A stretch of 64,000 nt of DNA from NCBI RefSeq assembly GCF_009834535.1, contig NC_045696.1, forward strand, positions 111,788,001 to 111,852,000, read 5' to 3'. The notes under the pieces are model-generated. The model was not told the origin of the DNA. It did not search any database and saw only the letters and a list, made by a program, of their open reading frames with translations. Shown piece by piece: positions 53,722-64,000 of this stretch (positions are counted from its first letter, which is position 1; every line of letters starts with the position of its first letter). Origin of the DNA: Camelus ferus. Taxonomy: Eukaryota. Both the position numbers and the translations under genes were made by a program.

Positions 53722-56669
53722 ATGTTTATTCTTGACTTTGAAACTATGTAACTACATCATTCAGCATTTATACACTGTATCAAGAGTTTTTGTATGTGTT
53801 CTCTATAACCTCTCCAGTTAAATTTAGTGTATATTTGTTAAGTGTTTGTGGGCAAAGGTGTTGTGCTGGCATCATGAAGGTGGCAGCAGCCCGTCCGCGA
53901 AGACTTTGTGATGCTGAAAAGTGAGCTCTCAGATCTTCTGACAAGAAAAGTATGTTCTCAGACATTCTCACCCTGTGCAGCTCAGTAGAACAGTTACATG
54001 CATTATAGAATATGTACTAAAATCCTGAAACAGAGGTCTTTTATTTTCTTTTTAATTGTAGTCAAACTCTGCTGAGGATCACTTTCTTGCTAAAAAGTTA
54101 CATTTTTTTTATAAAAGTAGCTTGTACATCTAAATTTAGTAATGTCTTAATATTAGAAAGTTTTCTGGAATTTTCAAACTCTTAAGTTAATCATACAATG
54201 TCCAAATACATAAAGTTGGAGAGCCTTGTCTCTTCCCTGTCTTGAGATGTTTGGTCTGAGCATGGTGAGTATTTGGATGATCAGATGGACCAACACTCTT
54301 CGTGAGAAAACCTGGAGCTCAACAAGCAGTCTTACAAAGATGGTAATAAAAATAAACTCAGTGCACTTTGTCTGTGAAAGGAAACATTCTAATTTTTCCT
54401 GTGGCTTTACGCAGAAAAATAAAGTTCAAATGTCCTATATTTTTATAGAGCTGAACTGTTAAAGAGAAAAGTAGTCGGCACACTTCTTAAATGCGTTCCA
54501 TGAGTTTTAACCCCAGGGTACCTGACACGTGTTAATACTTTATTATGCAGACAAGTTTGGAAATAGTACGCGAGGTACGGGACAGGGCACTTCTCAGTAA
54601 TGTGTAAAGCTTAGTGACAGTACACTGGTAAGGCAAGAGTAACTAGGGTGAAGAGGGGCTGACGGTACAGATCCCCTCAATAAACTGGCCCTGATATTAG
54701 CTGCACTTTTTATAGCAGTCACCTGGGGTCTTACTTGAGAAGCACTCAGCCTGTTGTGACTGAAGGGGGGATGCGAAGCACCGAGGGAGTGACGGCAGCA
54801 GGTCCTGGAACCACGCTCTGATTGGTTAGCCTTCTTCTGCCCTTGCTCGCTGCCTAAAAAGGGTTTATACTTTAGCCTCACGAGGGATTTTACAGACAGT
54901 CTGCTTTTTGTTGCAGTGTTTTTTTTAAAGTAAGCCCTTTGCTGGAAATCACATTCTCAAGATGAACAAGAAGTTACAGCTGATGTTTTGATCGATTTAC
55001 AAGGAAAAGGAGTGCCTCAGGTTAAGGGAGGGCTGGAGAACATGTTGTCATGGACTTTCAGGGTAGGAAGCGTTGTTAGATGTAATTTAATCCAGACGCC
55101 TCACTTTTCACCGAGGAAGCGCAAACACAGAGAAGTTAAATGGCCTGTCTAAGCAGTGCAGTGGATTAGTAACATGGGCAAGACGCGCTCTTACACTCGG
55201 TCTTTGTGTCTGCTGATCTGCCGGGTTCAACAGTTCACACAGGGTCAGGATGCCTTGGAGTTGCAGACCTGTGTGTGGGCTGCTGTTCTAGTAGGTGTTT
55301 CATGAACGTTTCATGAATATAGATTCTTTGATGGCAAAGTTCAAGTTGGGGAGATACTAAAATTGTTATTAGGTACAATGATTTTTCTAACTATAGTGAA
55401 GCTTTTCTGGAGAATAAATTATAATGTGGTAATAGATTACTCTAGATATATATGCTTTGGTATTTGTGTAAATTTCTAAAAAGTTTCTACAACAGTTAAT
55501 TGTGTTTTGATTTCATAGTTCAAGCACATACACTTTGTGACAAGCTCTGATCAAGGCAGTATTCCTTCCTAAAATACTCACGGGAAGAAAGAGTAAACCA
55601 ACACAAGCCATGATTGGCATGATTCCCCTTAGTATGTGTTCGGGTACATCATTTATACTGACCAAAACAGTGCTTTATTTCTGATAGGAGATTTAGAACG
55701 GACCTAAACTCATAATGGCCACCTTTTCAGTGTCTGTTAAGTGCCAGTGACTTTGGTGTCTCATTGGCTGATAGTGGTCTGTATCATAGGCGGTCTGTCT
55801 GGTGCCCATGAAACGGAGAGGCTGAGTGAGAACCAGCAGCCGAATACCTGAGTGTCTGACAGCCATTTCCTGATCACGACACCGCAAGTGAAAACAGAGG
55901 TTGAGACCTTGCTCTAGTCACTTAATTTTCTAAAGACATCATCTGAGATCAACAAAATTGGAGCAGCATCCATAGTCAGCCAGAAAGGGCCTCTGAAGAG
56001 CTAAAATAAATAACCTGTCTATCCTAATCTAATAAAATAAAAGTCTAACCACGAAAACCCATGTCAGAGGGCATTTGGGGTTGTCACTCAAAGTCTGTTC
56101 TTTACCAATTTTAAATGTTTGCATAATGAAAGCCATTTGTTAAAAATTCAAATGACAATATTATAAAGTAGAAATGCTGCCTCCGCTCCCTACACGCCAC
56201 CATTTTTTTGGAGGTAACGGTCAAAATTTTTGCATGTGTCTTCCTAGAGCTTTCCTCTGAATTTTCATATTCAGACATAACACACACTCAAAATCAGTAT
56301 TCACGTATTTGGTTTTTTCTTTTCGTGTAAATGGAAGTGTATTTTCTTATTTACTTAACAGTGTGTCTTAGAGCTGTTTCCGTGGTCAGTCATAGATCTG
56401 CCACATTCTTTTTAACCATCGTATTCCTGAATTTATGCATTCCCTTACATAGGTTTCCCCCTCTTTTTTTGTTATTGCCAATACTACCGCAGTGAACATC
56501 CTTATATACTTGTCTTTCACATAGAATATATGCAAAGATATATTGCATTTTAAATCTTACTGTCTACTCTCAAATCACCCTCTAAATGAGGTACACCAAT
56601 TTACATGCCCAGCAATAGTCTATCAGGGCTCCCATTTCCTCCCATTCTTGCCAGAACTGAATATTGCTG

Positions 56670-57386
56670 TTGTGGTAGCCAGCCTCCCATGATCCTCACC
56701 TCCTGGCTTCCATGTCTTTGTGTTGTCCCTTCCACACTAAATTAGAGCTGGCCTGTGTCCAATAGAATATGGTGGAAGTGACCATGTGGTATATGTGGGG
56801 CTTGGTTGTGAAAAACCTTGCTTTCTTGGACTGCTTGCTCAGGAGGAGGTCAGTTGCTATGCCAGGAGGCTCCCTGGGGGCCTCTCTCCAACCTCCAGCA
56901 GCAATTTGGCAGCAGCAGAAGTGGATCCTCCAGCCCCGAGTCCAGCCTTCAATGACTGTAGATTCATAAGAATGAGTCACCCAAGTTGGAACTGCCCAGC
57001 CAAACCATGACTGAATTCCTAATGCACAGAAACCAGGAGACCTGGTGAATGAGAATTTAAAGACACTTTCAGAGTGATTTGTTTATGCAGCATTGGATTA
57101 CTGTTATGGGCTGAGTGTCCATGTACCACCCCCAAAATTTGTATGTTGAAATTCTAACCCCCAAAGTGATGGTATTAGGAGATGGGACCTTTGGGGGATA
57201 GTTAGGTCATGAGGGTGGAGCCTTCATGAATGGGATTAGTGCCCTTAGGAGAGGAGACCAGAAGAGCTTGTTTCCTCTGCTCTCCAGCTGTGAGAACACG
57301 AGAAGCTTCCACAACTGTGAGAAATAAATGTTTGTTATTTAAGCCCCCAGTCTATGTAATTTGTTTCTGCAGCCTGAACTAAGATA
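56670..57386 (+). mobile_element. Two adjacent or nested MaLR LTRs (MLT1F/G-like about 56670-57100; MLT1A-like about 57102-57386)
   Basis: TGTGGTAGCCAGCCTCC...; TGTTATGGGCTGAGTGT...TATGTTGAAATTCTAACCCCC...AATAAATGTTTGTTATTTAAGCC. Confidence 0.75.
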
Positions 57387-57524
57387 ATTAAAACAGCCTT
57401 GCTATTTTTGCTGATCTGATGGGTGAAAAATACCTAGTTTTGACTTCCATTTCCTTGATTACTGTGAGATTAAAATTTATCATGTTCATTAGCCAGTTTT
57501 GTTTCTTTAAATGTTCTATATATA

Positions 57525-58494
57525 CAGTCATCACTCAGTATCCACAGGGGATTGGTTCCAGGACCCTCCACAGACACCAAACTCCAAGGATGCTCAAGTC
57601 CCTTTAATAAAGTGGCATAGCCTATGCACATCCTCCTGTATACTTTAAGTCATCTCCAGACTTATTAGGCTTCTGCTGCCTAATACAATGTAAAAATGCT
57701 ATGCAAATAGTTGCTGGTGTGAGGAAAATTCAAGTTTTGCTTTTTGGAACTTCTGGAATTCTTTTCTGAATAGTTTTTTTCAAAGAAATCATTTTTTTTT
57801 CATTGTTTTAATGGAATGATTCTTTAAATTCTATAATGCTTTACAATTTTCAAAAGTTTCACACACATGATTTTATATAATCTCGTAATAACCCTTTTTT
57901 AAGTCCCCTATCCCTGTATCCCCACCCCCTTCTCTCCCCACTGGTTACCACTAGTTCTCAAAATCTGTGAGTCTGCTGCTTTTCTGTTTTATTCACTAGT
58001 TTGTTGTATTTTTCAGAGTCCACATATAAGTGATATCATATAGTACTTGCCTTTCTCTGTCTGACTTATTTCACCTAGCATAATGCCCTCCAAGTCCTTC
58101 CATGTTGTTGCAAAATTTCATTCTTTATTATGGCTGAGTAGTATTCCATTGTATATACATACACCGCATCTTCTTTATCCATTCATCTGCTTTTGGACAC
58201 TAAGGTGGCTTCCATACTTTGGCAATTGTAAATAATGCTGCTGTGAATGTTGAGGGGCATGTATATTTTCGAATTAGTGTTTTTGTTTTTTTAAGATGTA
58301 TACCCAGGAGTGGAATTTCTGGGTCATGTGGTAGATCTATTTTCAGTTTTTTGAGAAACCTCTGTACTGTTCTCCACAGTGGCTGCACCAGTTCACGTTG
58401 CCACCAACAGTGTAGGAGGGTTTTTCTGAATATTTTCGACTCACAGTTATTTGACGCCACAGATGTGGAACCCAGAGATATGGAGGGCTGACCA
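57525..58494 (+). mobile_element. MER2-like TcMar-Tigger MITE, split by the L1
   Basis: TA|CAGTCATCACTCAGTATCCACAGGGGATTGGTTCCAGGACCC start; end GGAACCCAGAGATATGGAGGGCTGAC. Confidence 0.85.
57773..58421 (-). mobile_element. L1 3' end inserted into a MER2-like element
   Basis: ORF 58200..58460 resembles the ORF2 C-terminus ([31 protein letters not shown]); TSD TTTTCTGAATA at 57762 and 58422. Confidence 0.9.
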
Positions 58495-60526
58495 TGTTTG
58501 CCTGTTGAGTGGGCCCTTTGTTTTGATAATCATTTCTAATACCCAACTCTTCATGGTTGCTTTCTTTCATATTGGTTTATGCTTGTGTAAAGATTGTGGC
58601 ATTCTATCTCTATAGGATTACTAATCAGAACTTTGCCAGTGGTCTGGTCTGTTAAAGAATTACCTCCATTTTCTTCTGGATCATATCATATTGTTCCTCT
58701 GGTTTTCTCTTCCACATTATGGATTTTCCTTAAATGTGGGATGGACTATATTTACGACTAAGCTGTTAATATCAGGTAGCTGGCCTGGGTTTTCTCACCA
58801 GGCTGGCTGTTTCTCCGTCAGGACTCTTCGTTGGTCTGGAGGCTGACCACACCGCACCGCAGAGCCGCATTCGTGGTGCGCGTTTCAGGCCCCCAGCGGG
58901 CTTCACGGCGGGCTGTCACCCCATCCCGCCCTGCTCAGCGTTCATCTAGATTCACTTGATTCAGGGATATTCTTTTCCCCTTTTCCCCTTATGACCTCAT
59001 TTAATTTCTTCCTTAGATAAGACACATAATTCCTAAGTCAAAACTATATAGTAAGTGGGAAGCACAGAAGTCTTGCTTCAGTTGGTGTTCTGTTCTCCCA
59101 CCAACCTCACCCTCATGGCTGACTATATTTATTCTGGTTTATTCTATTTTTCTTTTTGAAAATATAAGCAAAATAACTTTTTTCCCCTTTCCATCACTAT
59201 AGACACTGTACTATACTCCTGTTTTGCACCTCACCTTTTTTTACTTAATGTATCGTGGCACTCTTTGTATTTTAAAAGCTTCCTTATCCTTTCTACAAAC
59301 ACGTAATATTCCTTTGAGTGCATGACTGTTCAACTGTTGAGCTGTTTCCAGTCTTCTTCAATCAACAATTTAAAATTATGTTAGTAGATTTACCATAAAA
59401 TCTGGATTTCAGCTTACATTGTAAAGTCAGATGATGTGACAACACTGTGTGCGTGATGACAGCAGTTGGCAGAGCCTGACTGCCCTTTCGTTAAGGCAGG
59501 ACCTGTATTCCCCTCATTATAAGGGAATTAGGGACCATAAAACCCATACCCCTGCCCCAGCTCCAGTGCTGGCCTGGCGTCAGTCACCATTTTCTGTAAC
59601 ACTTGGCACTGATTTTTTTCTTAGAGAAATAGCCCTCTGTTCTCATGGCTACCAATATTATAAAATCAAAGACAGACTAAATAAATTGCATGTTTTTAAT
59701 CCATCCATTCATTCCTTTTTTTTCCTACAGTCACTTTATTCATAGACATTACCTGCCTGGAGTTTGCGACTGCCCTAAAGGAATGTACTATTTTATTTGC
59801 GCATATTTTAGTCAGGTTTAAAGTAACTGCTCTATGTTACAAGTTGCTTAAAGCAAGATAAATTGATAGTTGAATGGCTTTGGGAGAGGTTGCCGTCTTT
59901 GAATTTGGGGGAACTGAGTATGTTACTTAAGAGTGTAGGAATCATTTCTGTGATCAGATGCAAAATATAGGAGACTTAAATTTTATATCTTTATTTCTAT
60001 GATTTGCATCTTTCCCCGACGTCCTTCAGTTTTCTGTGGGGCAAAGCACAGCCCTTGTAGTTGCTTTTGGATCCTTATAATGAATAATTTTCAGGATGCT
60101 TTGGAAATATCATCGCATCTTGTGAAACTGGCCCTGCGAAGTGGCACTCTCACCGTTTAAAGGATTGTCTTTAGTGTCCGTAGTTTTTTCCCAGATATCC
60201 CCCTGTTACTTGTTAACATTTTTTAACATTTTTCAAAAATACAGAGAAGTAAAAAGAATGATAGAACAGAAACCAGTGTGCTCTCCTCTCGACAGTGAAA
60301 TATATTAACATTTTGTTTGATTTGTTTCATCTTCTAATGAAAATCAAAACAGCACCCATGAGGTTGAAGGCCCTGCGGGTCCTCTTTCAGTCCACTCCGC
60401 CCTCCCTTCCCCACAGACAGCAATAATCAGCAATTTAGTTTATTTAATTTTTTTTCACTTTTACTATATATGTATATTTAATAATATACTGACTGTATCG
60501 TTTAAAATCCACTAAATAGTATTATA

Positions 60527-60664
60527 TTATTTATTTTTCTTTTTTTCCTGCGGGAGGTAATTAGGTTTATTAATTATTATTTCTTTAGAGGAGGTACTGG
60601 GGATTGAGTTCAGGACCTCACGCATGCTAAGCACATGCTCTACCTCTTGAGTTATACCCTCCCC
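60527..60664 (-). mobile_element. tRNA-derived camelid SINE (vic-1-like) with 3' extension
   Basis: Same body on the minus strand; flanking 24-bp duplication at 60503-60526 and 60665-60688. Confidence 0.9.
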
Positions 60665-60719
60665 TAAAATCTACTAAATAGTATTATAAACAGTACACAA
60701 TGTTCAATAACTTGTTTTC

Positions 60720-61370
60720 AGTCATTTTTCTATATCCATGTTGATACCCAGAGACCTTACCCACGGCGCACGTTCCATCGTTTCCCAGTGTCGCAGCTAC
60801 CAGCCTGACGCACAGGTGGCTTGTTCTCAGCGTCCGTTACGAGCAGTTACTATTGCAGTTATAACCAGCGCTGTCTGTAGCTCCTTGTAGAGAAGTGCGG
60901 TTTCTCTAGGATGTATTCCTGGATGTGAGTTCTTGACTCACAGCCTATGGACATTTCCAAATTTACTGTCAATTTTTCTCCAAGATGTTTAGTGCCAAAT
61001 TACAGGGCTGTTGGCCGTTTACCCCATTTCCCGCTTCTATACCTCCCGGCCTACACGCAGTATTGTTAAACGTTATACATTTTGCCATTAAGATCTGTGT
61101 GAAATAGTATTTTGTTGCTTTAGTTTGCATTTTTCTGATGACTGGTGAGTTGGAGTACCCTTTTACATTTATTGACCATTTGGCTTCCCTGCTCTGCGCT
61201 TGCCTGTTTGGATATTTTGCCCCCTTTTTTGTTGAGTTCCTTTTCATTTTCTTACTGAGTTTTAGGTCTTTACGTATCGAGACAATAATCTTTTGCCTGT
61301 TACATATTTTTCTCCATATGTGATCCATCTTTTAAGTATGTTGATAATCCTTTGTCAGACAGAAGCAACA
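60720..61370 (-). mobile_element. Old L1M 3' fragment
   Basis: Minus-strand ORF 60969..61328 is ORF2-like (SPVIRKMQTKATKYYFT). Confidence 0.7.
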
Positions 61371-62102
61371 CAAACTCAGCATAACCAAAAGCTGTCTTCT
61401 CTACAAGATCTATTTAGGAAGACTAAACCTTTGACTAAACCTTTTTCTAAGCCCTGAAGCCAGTCTTACTAGGAAAAGAGCTTTGTGGGAAGAACAGAGA
61501 CAAAACTATATCTGGTGGCAATAAAGAATGGCATGTTAAATTCCTGGTGTTCCTGAAATATAACACTGAATGAAATTCCATGTGTGATGGCCGCATGCTT
61601 ATAATTTGGAGGACATTTAGGCTTAGAGGAAAAATAGATGCTTGAAAATGAAGGCATTCTCATGCTAAATTCTTTGGTGGAAAGAAAAACTGTCATCTGA
61701 AATGTTATGTTATCCCTTGCAGATGTAAAAGACTAAAAATAAAGCAAAGAAGGACTTTGATCTCCACTTAATAAATATGGAGCCATCAAAGCTCTTGTAC
61801 TCCTTGTAAACTTAAATTTGAAACAGATTAAATGCTCAGGGAGAATGATGGCAGGAAAACTTTGTAAAATGAATCATGAAGTAGTTGAATTTCAAAAAGT
61901 TCAAGGCCAAAAAAAATGAGTGCCGTTATTTCACTTGGATTCAAATCATCTCACAGGATAAGGAGTGTTCGCACCGAATGGTCATGCAATCAAGTCACGC
62001 ATCTTTGCCACTAAGGAAAAATAAGATATCTTTATTAATAAAATACTATAATCCTGAAAATGCCAGGTGGCAGAGGAGCTGCCCAAAAGACACAGTGCAA
62101 AC

Positions 62103-62199
62103 CTGAGTACCACTTTGTCTTCTCCTGATGTATGGGAATGTGCATCTGCACTGAGGTACCATTTTGTCTTCTCCAGATGTATGGGAATGTGAGGTCTCA
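62103..62199. repeat. Two-copy tandem duplication, period about 48-49 bp
   Basis: CTGAG(G)TACCA(C/T)TTTGTCTTCTCC(T/A)GATGTATGGGAATGTG occurs twice. Confidence 0.85.
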
Positions 62200-63194
62200 C
62201 AGGTTCCTGTGCTGCCTGACTCGCCAGCTGGGGACAGGGGCTGCCCCTCCTGCTCTCCTGCCTCTGCTCAGTAGAGCGCTGGCATCCAGTCCCGGATGCC
62301 CCAGGAGCTGCAGGCATGCCTTGTCAACAAATACGCATGCATATTATATAATCACTCCTTTTCGAACAGATTTTCAGTAGGAGAATGGAAATAGTCTAGA
62401 TTTGATTTCTCAGACTCTACTCTCCACCTTGTATTTCATAAATCATGATATTTTGGGACAACTTTTCATTTTACTTTGTGAATACAAGTTAATTATTTTT
62501 CTTAGTTAGAATGCAATGCTGTGTTTAAGCCTCATTTTCTAGGGGGAAAAAGGTGTAATTTTGATTTCACTCACAGCAGAAGAAATTGCATACAGATTAA
62601 ATTATACAATTTATGAAATGATTCCTACTTTAAACTTTGTGAATGTATTTCAGGGGGACTATATAAATAGAAACAGAGAGAAAAGAAATTACACGCTGTG
62701 CATTTAGCATTTCTGGTGCTTTCCTTTTATGATGGAGATGCCTCACACGAGCATGGTATCTTTCAGTCAGGGATCCCCAGAGTCAGGGCTGCATCACAGC
62801 ATCTGAGGGGTTCACTTAAAACATGCAGGTCCCTGGGCCTCGTGCAGGGATTTTAAGTCAAAATCCTGGAGTTGAGGCTAGAGAACTAGGTTTATTAACA
62901 AATTCCTGATTCTTAAATGGACAAGCATTCGAGATCTACTTTTCTAACCTAATGCTCTCATTTTTATGATGAGGAAATTGAAGGTCAGAGAAGTTAAGAT
63001 ATTGGCCCAAGGCCACCCCACAAGTTAGCAATTCCTTGCCCAGTGCCTCGTATTTTGGAAGACTCTGCTGTTGCTAACCTGTCTCTTTCTCGTTTTTCAC
63101 AAGATCTTACCAGTGTGGGGTTATTTTTTGTTGTTTCCCTTGCATCACTATGTGCTAGCTGCTTTAAAAAAAATTAACAGAAAAGGATTTTTTT

Positions 63195-63288
63195 ATTAGA
63201 GTACAGTCAATTACACTGTGTCGATCTCTGGTGTACAGCACAATGTCCCCATCATGCATATACATACATAGATTCATTTTGATATTTT
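63195..63288 (-). mobile_element. Very short L1 3' terminus
   Basis: Similar to the 9109 element; TSD AGAAAAGGATTTTTTT at 63179 and 63289. Confidence 0.8.
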
Positions 63289-64000
63289 AGAAAAGGATTT
63301 TTTTTTTCCTGATTCTCTTCTCTCAACTCTTAGAGCAGACCAAGGTGACCTCCAAAGGGAGAAAGGGAGAAAGGAGAGGGAAAGAAAAAAAAAAATGGTG
63401 TTCTCAGTTAACTGAGCCTAGCTCTTTTCATCCTATTTCACCCTGAACCCACTGCAGTTTGACTTTAACCTCTACTCTGCTGAAGACATCAGATGACGAG
63501 CCCCTTAATTCCAGGAACCCTGTGCGATAACTACCACATCACTCGTAAGGGATACAGTGAAAGGCAGCAAAGGATAAGCAGACTACAGAGTAAAAGCAAC
63601 TCCAAGTGGCTTCCCCACCTCACCAGGAAACTGCTGCTCTTGGGGGAAATATTGAGCAGTTTTGCCCCAGGACACAGTTTTAAAATTTTGCACCCATTGT
63701 GCTGTGGATTCATTGAAGATCTGCTCCAGCTCTTCTTTACCTTTCTCTATAGGCAGCAGTCTTGGTACATGGATATCTTCTCATTCTCCCTTGGGCACTG
63801 GCACTCACTTGCACTCAACCCACATTCTGGTTCCTTTTCTGATTGGACCTATTGGCATGATCCAAATGAGCTTTCTGCTACCGTAATCACTTCAGCAAGT
63901 GTGCATCTATTAAAATTGATGCTAATATTATTTAAATTAAAATCTATAGTTAAAATAATCACTGGGACAGTTTGACAGCTAGTGGCACATTCCACATCTT

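Noticed and set aside
63493..63975. 160-aa ATG-initiated ORF at the window end
   Set aside because: No recognisable domain, no promoter or splice context, and composition like non-coding DNA; a BLASTP/PhyloCSF hit would be needed to revive it

Overview
Mammalian genomic DNA, very likely from a camelid: it carries several vic-1-type tRNA-derived SINEs, and I saw no Alu, B1, Bov-tA, PRE-1 or Can-SINE. The window holds the complete, intact NGLY1 gene (cytosolic peptide:N-glycanase) on the + strand. I read 12 coding exons by hand from ATG 5625 to TGA 52976. All introns are GT-AG and the phases are consistent. The exons sum to 1965 nt = 654 aa, with the PUB domain, Zn-binding CxxC pairs, Cys-His-Asp triad and PAW domain present. 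The gene starts in a CpG island containing a 40-bp GC-box minisatellite. The rest is intronic or intergenic DNA dense with L1, L2, MIR, MaLR/ERVL LTRs and hAT/Tigger relics, including several nested insertions. Repeat family names are from memory of consensus sequences and boundaries are approximate. I found no convincing previously undescribed biological system. The most testable observations are the promoter minisatellite, an intron-3 AATAAA cluster that could give a PUB-only isoform, a strong intronic CTCF motif, and substitutions at normally conserved residues.
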